In this document: in pieces, positions 8,897-17,480 of the stretch | How the letters are laid out: every line of letters starts with the position of its first letter | Numbering within the stretch: the stretch's first letter is position 1 | Virus record (IMG/VR): IMGVR_UViG_3300027969_000214 | Span: 1-37,800 of that record | DNA: 37,800 nt | Source of the DNA: a virus | Lineage: Duplodnaviria > Caudoviricetes | Reading direction: 5' to 3' (one strand) | Program-made: the position numbers and the translations under genes | Notes under the pieces: model-generated | The model's database searches: none | Told to the model about the DNA's origin: nothing | What the model saw: the letters and a program-made list of their open reading frames with translations, nothing else

Positions 8897-9295
8897 ATGG
8901 CAAATCCAAATATTGCTGGCAGTTCAACCACAATTTACGGTGTAACAACCTATCTAACACCATCTGCAACTACAGCCGTAGTGCTTCTTCCTAACGCTGC
9001 TTCTAGCGGTACAGTGATGAAGATTAACCAGATCGTGGCAGCTAATGTGAACGGCTCTGCGGCAGTTAACACAACTGTGTCTATCTACACCAACGGTGCA
9101 GTAGCTCAAGGTTCTGCTCCTAGCAGTGGTACGGCATACCCAATTGTTTCAACCGCTTCCGTCCCTGCTACGGCTTCATTGGTTGTTGTGGACAAAACAT
9201 CAGCTTTGTATCTGATGGAGGGTTCTTCAATCACTGTTACATCCGGCACAGCCAGCGGCATTACCTACAGCATCAGCTATGAGTTGATAGCGTAA
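8897..9295 (+). CDS. Tail fibre-associated small beta protein
   Basis: MANPNI...KINQIVAANVNG...LYLMEG...SYELI, directly after the fibre gene. Confidence 0.6.
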   Translation: MANPNIAGSSTTIYGVTTYLTPSATTAVVLLPNAASSGTVMKINQIVAANVNGSAAVNTTVSIYTNGAVAQGSAPSSGTAYPIVSTASVPATASLVVVDKTSALYLMEGSSITVTSGTASGITYSISYELIA

Positions 9296-9307
9296 ACGGA
9301 GGCAATC

Positions 9308-10189
9308 ATGTCTCTTAAATGGACTGGTGGAGTACGTTCGCCGACCTATAACGGCCTTAACTACCCTGTCACAACGGTGGAATACCTTGTCGTGGCTGGC
9401 GGTGCTTCTGGTGGAGGTAACCTTGCTGGAGGTGGCGGCGCGGGTGGTTTGTTAACTGCTACTGGTTATGCCGTTACCCTTGGCTCAAGTATCACTATAA
9501 CTGTTGGTGCTGGGGGCGCTAGTGTAAGTAGCTCCGCTAGTAATGGTGTTAACGGCTCTAACTCTGTATTAGCTGGTAACACAACAATTACTACTACAGG
9601 TGGTGGTGCTGGCGGAACGGATGGTCAAGGTGGTACTGGTGGAGGCTCAGGCGGTGGTGCTGGAAGTAGAACGCAAACAGGAGGAGCTGGAACTTCAGGT
9701 CAAGGATTTGCTGGTGGAAATTCTGCCACTGGTGACTATTATTCTGGTGGTGGTGGTGGTGCTGGCTCTGCGGGTGGGTCGGCAATACTTGCAACCAAAC
9801 TTGCTGGTATAGGCGGAGCAGGTTTGGTATCTTCTATTTCAGGCTCACCAATTCAATACGCTGGCGGCGGCGGCGGTGCGGCTCTTACTGGATATTTAGG
9901 CATAGGCGGCATAGCAAGTGCTGGAAATGGTGGGCAAGCAATTCAGTCCCCTGCAACATTTCAATTTCGTGCTACTAGCGGCATAGCAAACACAGGCTCT
10001 GGTGGTGGTGGCGGTGGATGGGACACAGTTAGTGGCAGTGGAAGTGGAGCAGGCGGCTCTGGCATCGTAATCCTACGCTACCCATCTTATTTACTTCCTG
10101 CGGCATCTACAACTGGATCACCAGAAATATACATTGCGGGTCAGTACCGAGTGTATAAATTTATTGCATCTGGAACAATCACATTCTGA
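9308..10189 (+). CDS. Glycine-rich domain protein (putative receptor-binding), paralog A1
   Basis: VEYLVVAGG..GGGGAGG..GGSGIVILRYP..YKFIASGTITF. Confidence 0.75.
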   Translation: MSLKWTGGVRSPTYNGLNYPVTTVEYLVVAGGASGGGNLAGGGGAGGLLTATGYAVTLGSSITITVGAGGASVSSSASNGVNGSNSVLAGNTTITTTGGGAGGTDGQGGTGGGSGGGAGSRTQTGGAGTSGQGFAGGNSATGDYYSGGGGGAGSAGGSAILATKLAGIGGAGLVSSISGSPIQYAGGGGGAALTGYLGIGGIASAGNGGQAIQSPATFQFRATSGIANTGSGGGGGGWDTVSGSGSGAGGSGIVILRYPSYLLPAASTTGSPEIYIAGQYRVYKFIASGTITF

Positions 10190-10195
10190 GGTTAT

Positions 10196-11971
10196 ATGGC
10201 AACAGGTCTTTTTACCCTCAAGCAAGTTAACCAAGCCATTCGTCAAGGCGCATGGTCAGGCAATATCGCACCTCAATTTGTAGAGTACCTTTGCGTTGCT
10301 GGTGGTGGTGGCGGTGGCTCAGGCTATGGCTCTGATGCTGGCTCTGGTGGTGGTGCAGGTGGATTGTTAACAGGCATAGTTCCTGTTGTGGCTGGTACTT
10401 CTTACACAGTCACGGTGGGTGGTGGTGGTAATGGAGCAACCAATGGCGCAGATACTACAGGTTCAACTGGAGTAAATTCGGTATTTGGAAATATTACTTC
10501 TCTAGGCGGAGGTGGTGGGCAATCCCCAACTACATCAAGAGTGGGCGCATCTGGTGGTTCTGGTGGTGGCGGCATGGATACTGGTGCAGGCGGAAGCGGA
10601 ACATCTGGTCAAGGCAATGCAGGTGGCAACAGTACTGGAACTGCTGGTTTAGAAGCCGGTGGCGGCGGTGGAGCAGGGACAGTAGGATTAAATTCTAAGG
10701 ACGGCTCTAGAATTGGTGGAAATGGTGGTGCTGGTATTGGAAATACTCTTACTGGCACAGTAGGTGCTTATGCTGGAGGTGGCGGCGGTGCGGGTGCGGC
10801 CGCATCAAGTATTGGAGGCCAAGGCGGTGTAGGTGGTGGCGGAGGTGGTTATGGTGTAGCCACAAGTTATTTTGCTAATGGAACAACAAACACAGGCGGG
10901 GGTGGCGGGGGTCACGGAGACAACGGACAAGCAGGTGCAAATGGCGGTTCAGGTTTTGTTGTAGTCAGATACCCCGGCACAATTGCGTTTTACACTGGTG
11001 GTATTGTTTACACCTATGGCGATTACGTTATCCATGTATTCATGTCTAGCGGCACACTAGCACCAACGACAGCGGTGACACCTGCTGGCCCATGCACAAC
11101 CAAAGCAATTTTTGGATACGGTAATGGCAGTGCTGGAAATTTTTCTGTTACCAATTTGGTTTCTAGCGCAGGTGTCGTTGCAACTGATACGACTGGTGTT
11201 GGAACAGCTAGAGTTTATTTAGCCGCTACGGGATACGGAACAGACAAAGCCATTTTTGGTTATGGAAACAGCGGGTCAGTTACTGCAATATCTAATTTAG
11301 TATCAAATACTGGGGTTGTGGCTACGGACACGACTGGAGTCGGTACGGCAAGATCGGATTTAGCCGCCGCAAGATACGGATCAGATAAAGGTATTTTTGG
11401 TTATGGATATATTTCCGCCAATCCCGGAACAGCTATAAGTAACCTTGTTTCTAATACAGGTGTTATTGCCACAGACACCGCAGGTGTTGGTACAGCAAGA
11501 AATGGTCTTGCCGCCGCTGGTTATGGAATAGATAAAGCCATTTTTGGTTATGGTTATGGTTCTAGCAATCTTTCTATGACCAACTTGGTGTCAAATACGG
11601 GTGTAGTTGGGATTGATAAAACTGGTGTTGGGACAGCTCGTAATAGTTTGGCGGCAACTACATTTGGGATAAATAAAGCTATTTTTGGATTTGGAGCCGC
11701 ATCTTCATTTTATTCTATAACCAATATTGTTTCCAACACTGGTGTTGTGGCAGACGATACTACTGGAGTTGGTACAGCTAGAGGTGGTTTAGCCGCCGCA
11801 GTTTACGGCACAGACAAAGCTATATTTGCTTATGGAACAACAATAGGCGGTGGTTCTGGATGGGTTTCTACAAGTAATTTAGTATCCAATAATGGGGTGG
11901 TTGCATCTAATACTACTGGTGTAGGCACTGCACGCCAAGGTTTATCCGCCGCAGGATACTCAGTTACATAA
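10196..11971 (+). CDS. Glycine-rich domain plus six-repeat beta-propeller-like protein, paralog B1
   Basis: Gly-rich domain followed by six ~48-aa repeats KAIFGYG..NLVSNTGVV..DTTGVGTAR..LAA. Confidence 0.75.
   Translation: MATGLFTLKQVNQAIRQGAWSGNIAPQFVEYLCVAGGGGGGSGYGSDAGSGGGAGGLLTGIVPVVAGTSYTVTVGGGGNGATNGADTTGSTGVNSVFGNITSLGGGGGQSPTTSRVGASGGSGGGGMDTGAGGSGTSGQGNAGGNSTGTAGLEAGGGGGAGTVGLNSKDGSRIGGNGGAGIGNTLTGTVGAYAGGGGGAGAAASSIGGQGGVGGGGGGYGVATSYFANGTTNTGGGGGGHGDNGQAGANGGSGFVVVRYPGTIAFYTGGIVYTYGDYVIHVFMSSGTLAPTTAVTPAGPCTTKAIFGYGNGSAGNFSVTNLVSSAGVVATDTTGVGTARVYLAATGYGTDKAIFGYGNSGSVTAISNLVSNTGVVATDTTGVGTARSDLAAARYGSDKGIFGYGYISANPGTAISNLVSNTGVIATDTAGVGTARNGLAAAGYGIDKAIFGYGYGSSNLSMTNLVSNTGVVGIDKTGVGTARNSLAATTFGINKAIFGFGAASSFYSITNIVSNTGVVADDTTGVGTARGGLAAAVYGTDKAIFAYGTTIGGGSGWVSTSNLVSNNGVVASNTTGVGTARQGLSAAGYSVT
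11098..11968 (+). repeat. Six tandem ~141-150 bp coding repeats (propeller blades)
   Basis: Six KAIF(G/A)(Y/F)G...GVGTAR units are visible in protein and DNA. Confidence 0.85.
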
Positions 11972-11982
11972 TTGGATTAAAA

Positions 11983-12195
11983 ATGCCACTACCTGAAAAT
12001 ATAATCCTCACAGCAGAACAAATTGCACACGCAGTTGAAGACGCTCGTAATGCAACGCACCCAGCATCATGGGTGTGGAGTGACAATGCCTCATCTTGGA
12101 TTGCTCCTATTGCAGAACCAACTGACGGACTGCCATATTTGTGGGACGAAGCCGCAGGCAACTGGATGCCGTTCCCTGATTACCCAAGGGGCTGA
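11983..12195 (+). CDS. Small Trp-rich protein, paralog of the C-terminal part of 13688..14047
   Basis: ASWVWSDNASSWIAPIAEP..LWDEAAGNW versus ASWLLNESTCQWGAPIAMP..TWDEATTSW. Confidence 0.65.
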   Translation: MPLPENIILTAEQIAHAVEDARNATHPASWVWSDNASSWIAPIAEPTDGLPYLWDEAAGNWMPFPDYPRG

Positions 12196-12200
12196 AGTTT

Positions 12201-12812
12201 ATGGCATCAAATTTAAACTCAGAATTCAACTACCGATACCAAGTTATTGGTTCAACGCCTTGGGAAAAGATCAAGACCCTTCAAGGGTTTTTGGTTGGAC
12301 GTAAACGGGCGGCTGTGCTTGAAGAAGTGGCAGCATTAAAGTATCAGGCCAAGCTGGAGGAACTCAAGCACCTTAAAACCGTGCCAGCTTTACCGCACGT
12401 TCTTTTAAACTTGCAGGCTGAAATCATTGAACTTGAATCGTTCCTTGATGACCAAACCCATGCGTTCAGGTTAAACGACAAAGAAATTGAAATTCTAAAT
12501 AAACTATTGACTGAGTTGTACATTGAAGTTGAGCCTACCAGACTTAAGCATGAGGACGGTACGCCCTACACAGATGACGAAATGTTTGAAGCCAACGCAA
12601 ACCATGAGTTTACAGTAACGATTGGGCGTGAAATTCAAGCTGAAATTATTGCAAATGGCAGACCATCACCTGCTAAATTGTTAAACGCTATGAGCAATCC
12701 GCAGACACTTGAAGCGCTTAAGATGGTTGGAATTGTTCCAAAAGAAACCATTTTGCTTGGCGAAAAAGATGTTACTTTGCAGATTGAAAACACACAAATG
12801 GAGTTGACATGA
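12201..12812 (+). CDS. Hypothetical alpha-helical/coiled-coil protein (possible fibre assembly factor)
   Basis: 203 aa ORF within the fibre block. Function inferred from context only. Confidence 0.55.
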   Translation: MASNLNSEFNYRYQVIGSTPWEKIKTLQGFLVGRKRAAVLEEVAALKYQAKLEELKHLKTVPALPHVLLNLQAEIIELESFLDDQTHAFRLNDKEIEILNKLLTELYIEVEPTRLKHEDGTPYTDDEMFEANANHEFTVTIGREIQAEIIANGRPSPAKLLNAMSNPQTLEALKMVGIVPKETILLGEKDVTLQIENTQMELT

Positions 12813-13678
12813 GCGCAAACTTGGGCGGTTACATATCGGCGACATTCAATCCGCTAACCAGCGGAGTACCTGCTACGGTTGAATATCTAGTAGTTGCTGG
12901 TGGGGGCGGAGGTGGAGGTGGCGCAACACAAGCGTCTGGCGGCGGTGGTGGCGGCGCTGGAGGCTTGCTTTTTTCCGCAGGGTTTGCTGTTGCGGCTGGG
13001 ACTGCATTGACGGTTACTGTCGGTGCTGGCGGTGCTGGCGGTGCTGCATCAAACGTTCTTGCTGCAAACGGTTCAAACTCTGTTTTTAGCTCTATTACTA
13101 CAACAGGCGGTGGTGGAGGTTCTGGTAATGTTGGTTCTGGTTCCGCTGGTGGTTCTGGTGGTGGTGCATCTGCTACAGGGTCAGGAGGTGCGGGTACATC
13201 TGGTCAAGGGTTTATTGGTGGTAGCCCGGCTGGTTCAGGCAATTATGGCGGTGGCGGAGGTGGTGGCTCTGGCTCTGCTGGAATAACTGGTTCGGGAGTG
13301 GCTGGAGGCTCTGGCGGTACTGGCACTGTCTCATCTATTTCTGGTGCTCGTATTTTTTATGCTGGTGGTGGCGCGGCTGGAACATACAATGGTGGTACTG
13401 TTGGCTTTTCTATTGCTGGTGGTGGCGCGGCTGGAACATCTGGTGGAGGTAATGGGCAACCAGCGTTATCAAATACAGGTTCTGGTGGCGGCGGTGGTTC
13501 ATTTGGAGCAGGTGGTTCACCAGCTTACACGGGTGGCGCAGGAGGCTCTGGCATCGTCATTATTCGTTACCCTTCTAACTGCGCTCCACCCGCTTCCACA
13601 TCAGGAAGCCCTCAGATAAACTACGCTGACGGGTATCAGATTTACACTTGGACTTCATCTGGAACTGTAACTTTTTAA
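12809..13678 (+). CDS. Glycine-rich domain protein, paralog A2
   Basis: VEYLVVAGGG..GGSGIVIIRYP..YTWTSSGTVTF. Confidence 0.75.
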   Translation: MSANLGGYISATFNPLTSGVPATVEYLVVAGGGGGGGGATQASGGGGGGAGGLLFSAGFAVAAGTALTVTVGAGGAGGAASNVLAANGSNSVFSSITTTGGGGGSGNVGSGSAGGSGGGASATGSGGAGTSGQGFIGGSPAGSGNYGGGGGGGSGSAGITGSGVAGGSGGTGTVSSISGARIFYAGGGAAGTYNGGTVGFSIAGGGAAGTSGGGNGQPALSNTGSGGGGGSFGAGGSPAYTGGAGGSGIVIIRYPSNCAPPASTSGSPQINYADGYQIYTWTSSGTVTF

Positions 13679-13687
13679 GGATCAAAC

Positions 13688-14047
13688 ATGGCACATTTTG
13701 CAAAAGTAGAAAACGGTGTAGTGACGCAAGTCATCGTCATTGAGCAAGACGTTTTAAATCTTGGTCACTGGGGCGATCCAGCATCTTGGGTTCAGACTTC
13801 ATACAACACTTATGGTGGAGTTCACACGCAAGGTGGTACGCCACTGCGTAAGAATTTTGCTGGTATTGGATACACATACGACTCAGGCCGTGATGCGTTT
13901 ATTCCTCCCAAACCATTTGCGTCTTGGTTATTGAATGAATCCACTTGTCAGTGGGGTGCACCTATAGCGATGCCTGTTGTAGAAGGCAAACGCTTCACAT
14001 GGGACGAAGCTACAACATCATGGGTTGAAGTAACTCAAGGAGCCTGA
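13688..14047 (+). CDS. Conserved small protein accompanying Gly-rich fibres
   Basis: MAHFAK..WVQTSYN..LRKNFAGIGYTYD..DAFIPPKP. Confidence 0.7.
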   Translation: MAHFAKVENGVVTQVIVIEQDVLNLGHWGDPASWVQTSYNTYGGVHTQGGTPLRKNFAGIGYTYDSGRDAFIPPKPFASWLLNESTCQWGAPIAMPVVEGKRFTWDEATTSWVEVTQGA

Positions 14048-14048
14048 C

Positions 14049-14840
14049 ATGGCGCAACTATCAGGGATGTGGACGCTCTCGCAGGTGACCCAAGCTGTAA
14101 AAGACAATAACTGGACTGGCATCCCTGCCCAGAATGTGGAGTATTTGATTGTTGCTGGCGGTGGGTCAGGTGGCTCTTCAACTGGAGGTGGTTGGTCTGG
14201 AGGTGGTGGAGCGGGAGGTCTGCTTGCTGGTTTTGCCGGAGTAGCTACAAGTTCTGCCATTACTGTAACTATTGGCGCTGGAGCCACTGGGCCGGGAGCG
14301 GGTACTAACACAAACGGTACGCAGGGCAGTTCGTCTGTTTTTGGATCAATTACTGCAACTGGTGGCGGTGGCGGTTCAAAAAGCGATGGAGCTATTGGTG
14401 GCTCTGGTGGCTCTGGTGGCGGAGCCGCACAAGGTTTTTTGGGTGGAAATGGAACAACTGGACAAGGAAATTCTGGAGGTAGCGGTAGTGGAGGTGGATA
14501 CGGTGGTGGTGGAGGTGGGGCTGGGATTGTTGGTTTTGGTGCAACCGTTGGTAGAGGCGGTGCTGGTATTGCTTCTGGTATATCAGGGACAAGCACTGTC
14601 TATGCAAGTGGAGGCCCCGGACAGAGTAGCGGTGGCGCAGGTGGAGCTAATACTGGAGATGGTGGGCAAGGAGTAACTAACACTAGTACCGCAGGCGGTA
14701 ATGGCGGTTCAGGCGTTGTCATTCTTCGCTATCCAGACACATTTAGAGCCGCAACAAGCACAACAGGTTCACCAACAATCACTGTGGCTGGAGGATTTAG
14801 GGTCTACCAATTCACAGCCTCTGGTTCTATTACGTTCTAA
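14049..14840 (+). CDS. Glycine-rich domain protein, paralog B2
   Basis: SGMWTLSQV..VEYLIVAGGG..GGSGVVILRYP..YQFTASGSITF. Confidence 0.75.
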   Translation: MAQLSGMWTLSQVTQAVKDNNWTGIPAQNVEYLIVAGGGSGGSSTGGGWSGGGGAGGLLAGFAGVATSSAITVTIGAGATGPGAGTNTNGTQGSSSVFGSITATGGGGGSKSDGAIGGSGGSGGGAAQGFLGGNGTTGQGNSGGSGSGGGYGGGGGGAGIVGFGATVGRGGAGIASGISGTSTVYASGGPGQSSGGAGGANTGDGGQGVTNTSTAGGNGGSGVVILRYPDTFRAATSTTGSPTITVAGGFRVYQFTASGSITF

Positions 14841-14845
14841 GATGA

Positions 14846-15133
14846 ATGCGCTGGCTCCTACTGTTACTGTTGCTGGCACTGGTCGGGGCCGTAGCCAAGA
14901 GTGGCTGCCATGTGCGGGAATTCTACGGAATTGGCTACACAGTCCACGATCCCACGCAGCGGCACAAAGAGATGGTGGCGTGGCTCGACAAGAATGCGCC
15001 CTATTGCAAGTCAACCGAATACATGGTGATCTGGAACAACCTAGCAGAGTGGGCGGGCACGGCAGATTCCACATGGCTACGTAACAAAGTTGTACATGGA
15101 TACAAAGATGCACTTGAGCGTGAAAAGAAATGA
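14846..15133 (+). CDS. Small exported protein with Sec-type signal peptide (candidate antiholin)
   Basis: MRWLLLLLLLALVGAVA|KSGC, two Cys in the mature part; 95 aa. Confidence 0.6.
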   Translation: MRWLLLLLLLALVGAVAKSGCHVREFYGIGYTVHDPTQRHKEMVAWLDKNAPYCKSTEYMVIWNNLAEWAGTADSTWLRNKVVHGYKDALEREKK

Positions 15134-15369
15134 TCCCGCCTATACACAAGTGGTATCCAATGGTTCAGCCGGGAGGCGAACCAACCAAGACAGATGCGCT
15201 TGAACGCAGGCAACAGCGTCTAGAAGAAGAATACAAACAAGCTTTGAAAATGACAAAGGTGAAGAACAAAATTGATGAACTTGAGGTTGAGTTGTACGTA
15301 AAAAAAGCAGAACGCAACCAACTAGCCCTTGAGATTTTTACCAACCGCAAGATAGACATATTGGTTTAA
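15130..15369 (+). CDS. Small charged helical hypothetical protein
   Basis: 79 aa, ATGA overlap with the upstream gene. Confidence 0.6.
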   Translation: MIPPIHKWYPMVQPGGEPTKTDALERRQQRLEEEYKQALKMTKVKNKIDELEVELYVKKAERNQLALEIFTNRKIDILV

Positions 15370-15371
15370 AC

Positions 15372-16097
15372 ATGGTCACAGCAAAGAAACCCCCAGCAAA
15401 GGTAGCGCCCGTTAAGCGGCGTACACCCAAGCCCAAAGCCGAGCAGACAATCAATGTGTCTGTTGCCGCGCCAGTACCTGTGAAAGCTGAAGCCAAGAAG
15501 GACGACAGTACCGTTGGTAAAGTCATTGGTTTAATTGAGTGGGTGGACAATCCGTTTAAACTGTTCACGGTCATTCTGTTGTCGTTCCTATTCTTTGCTG
15601 GCTATTTTGCTTGGGACTCACGTACAGTTATTTTGAACGCCATAACAAGTTCAAGCCACCAGCCTCAGCTTAAAGAGATTAAGGTGTTGGAGCACGTAGC
15701 CCAAAAGCTACAAAAAGATTTAGAAGCTGAAACGGTGTTGGTTCACAAGGTAACGCTCGTTGTAAACAGCAGGGTTACGCTACTTGCGTATGGCCCAAAG
15801 GGACGGGAAACCTTGCTTGACGGCTACAACTCCACCCTGTTTGGCAAAGACGTTGCCCGTAATTCAGCAGTAATTGCCATGATGAATGGGGAAGTCTATT
15901 GCGATAAGCTGGTAGCTTCTGGTAAAACATCAGAGTGGGAAGAAAAGCAGGGCGTAGGATTTATCTGCCGTGGCTCTATTCCGCCTGAGATGGGTGCTTT
16001 TGAAGGTTATATTTCTGTTGGATTTACCAAGGAACCGCAAGACCTTGGCGCTGTCAAAACCCGTATTAACCTAGCCGCCACTGAGATGGCTAAATAA
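15372..16097 (+). CDS. Single-TM protein with GAF-like periplasmic domain (T4 holin T-like)
   Basis: Basic N-terminus, TM FKLFTVILLSFLFFAGYFAW, ~150-aa alpha/beta domain ending GYISVGF..INLAATEMAK; next to holin and endolysin. Confidence 0.5.
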   Translation: MVTAKKPPAKVAPVKRRTPKPKAEQTINVSVAAPVPVKAEAKKDDSTVGKVIGLIEWVDNPFKLFTVILLSFLFFAGYFAWDSRTVILNAITSSSHQPQLKEIKVLEHVAQKLQKDLEAETVLVHKVTLVVNSRVTLLAYGPKGRETLLDGYNSTLFGKDVARNSAVIAMMNGEVYCDKLVASGKTSEWEEKQGVGFICRGSIPPEMGAFEGYISVGFTKEPQDLGAVKTRINLAATEMAK

Positions 16098-16106
16098 GGA
16101 GTAACC

Positions 16107-16601
16107 ATGCTTGATATTCTTTCTGGGGGCCTAATGGGTTCCATTTTTGGCGGCTTGTTCCGTATGGCTCCCGAGGTGCTGAAGTTCTTTGATAAGAAAA
16201 ACGAGCGTCAGCACGAACTGCTAATGTTTACACGCCAGTGTGAGCTAGAGACGCTACGTGGTCAGCAGAAGTTGGCTGAGATTGGCGCTCAAAGAGAAGC
16301 CGCTATGGACGTAGGCGTAATGGATGCTTTCAACAACGCCATTACTCAGCAAGCTGAAATGGTCAAAGCCGCAGGCGGTTGGGTGGCTAGTCTGTCAGCA
16401 TCAGTGCGTCCAGTCGTAACTTACTGGGTGCTGTTTGTCTGGTCGTTCATTCATGTATGGTTTGCATGGAACGCATGGCTTGGTGGTGCGCCAGCCGTAG
16501 AAGTTTTTAAAACCATGATGACACCTGACTTCTCGGCCTTGTTGTCTGGGACAATTAACTATTGGTTCCTTGACCGCACTCTGAAGCAACGGGGTATTTA
16601 A
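16107..16601 (+). CDS. Holin (3-TM, gene-transfer-agent holin-like family)
   Basis: WVASLSASVRPVVTY..TM..INYWFLDRTLK signature; upstream of the lysozyme. Confidence 0.7.
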   Translation: MLDILSGGLMGSIFGGLFRMAPEVLKFFDKKNERQHELLMFTRQCELETLRGQQKLAEIGAQREAAMDVGVMDAFNNAITQQAEMVKAAGGWVASLSASVRPVVTYWVLFVWSFIHVWFAWNAWLGGAPAVEVFKTMMTPDFSALLSGTINYWFLDRTLKQRGI

Positions 16602-16603
16602 AT

Positions 16604-16816
16604 ATGAAACCTACCGCATGGTACGACCCAACTAACGGCATGGTCAGCACAGACAAAGACAGCCCTTTGTTTACACCGCTTGGTCAGGTGTGGCCTTTGT
16701 ATCCACAGCGCACATGGGTAGGGCTGACGGATGAAGACAACATTGATTGGGATGGGGGCGACCTTAAGTCCCTTGTCAGAGCCGTTGAAGCCAAACTGAA
16801 GGAAAAGAACACATGA
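16604..16816 (+). CDS. Small hypothetical protein (WVGLTDE..AVEAKLKEKN)
   Basis: 70 aa. Motif recalled from small accessory genes of betaproteobacterial phages. Confidence 0.65.
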   Translation: MKPTAWYDPTNGMVSTDKDSPLFTPLGQVWPLYPQRTWVGLTDEDNIDWDGGDLKSLVRAVEAKLKEKNT

Positions 16817-17037
16817 CACCCGCAGAACTACTGCACACAGATGCCGCAAGGTATGCCACAAACCGAAAGAATGCCTACGTTGAAGCCATGAAGCGCGGTG
16901 AGGTTGACCACATGAGCGAAGATGTCCTCAATGGCAAGTGGTTGGCCCACTACGAAGGTTACCGTGAAGGTTACTGGGCCGCTGTTGGTGATAGCAAGTT
17001 TTCAACAGACCCCGCCAAGCTTAAAGAGAAACAATGA
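16813..17037 (+). CDS. Small hypothetical protein (ends AKLKEKQ)
   Basis: 74 aa, ATGA overlaps on both sides. Confidence 0.6.
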   Translation: MTPAELLHTDAARYATNRKNAYVEAMKRGEVDHMSEDVLNGKWLAHYEGYREGYWAAVGDSKFSTDPAKLKEKQ

Positions 17038-17477
17038 ACCTAGAGTTAGCCGCCAGTCTGTGCCGTCAATATGAGGGCTACCGCGCCAAGCCCTACCTTT
17101 GTCCGGCTGGTGTGGCTACGATTGGCTATGGTTCTACTTACTACGCAGATAAACGCAAGGTGACTTTAGAAGATGCGCCGATGGATGAACCCACGGCAAG
17201 GGCGCTTTTAATGATTGAGCTTGAGCATACGTACCTACCGGGTGTTCTACGTAACTGTCCCGGTCTGATTACAGACGTTCGTAAGTGCAATGCCATTGTA
17301 GATTTTTGTTATAACTTGGGCACAGGACGCTTGCAGACTTCCACGTTAAAGAGGAAAATCAATGCCAATGATTGGGAAGGGGCAAAAGAACAATTGATGC
17401 TCTGGACTAAAGGTGGCGGCAAGGTATTGCCGGGTCTGTTTAAACGCCGCACGGCTGAGTGCGCTTTGTTGGATTAA
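17034..17477 (+). CDS. Endolysin, GH24 (T4/P22/P1-like) lysozyme
   Basis: YEGYRAKPYLCPAGVATIGYG gives the E-x8-C-x5-T catalytic triad; FCYNLG; STLKRKIN; LPGLFKRR. Confidence 0.92.
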   Translation: MNLELAASLCRQYEGYRAKPYLCPAGVATIGYGSTYYADKRKVTLEDAPMDEPTARALLMIELEHTYLPGVLRNCPGLITDVRKCNAIVDFCYNLGTGRLQTSTLKRKINANDWEGAKEQLMLWTKGGGKVLPGLFKRRTAECALLD

Positions 17478-17480
17478 GCG

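Noticed and set aside
9308-14840. Collagen or PE-PGRS annotation for the Gly-rich proteins
   Set aside because: No Gly-X-Y periodicity or PE domain; the VEYLVVAGG/GSGIVIIRY frame is the phage glycine-rich domain.
10196-14840. Diversity-generating retroelement acting on fibre genes
   Set aside because: No reverse transcriptase and no adenine-specific TR/VR pair seen in this window.
14846-15133. o-spanin lipoprotein
   Set aside because: KSGC is a poor lipobox, AVA fits signal peptidase I better, and the mature part is not Pro-rich.
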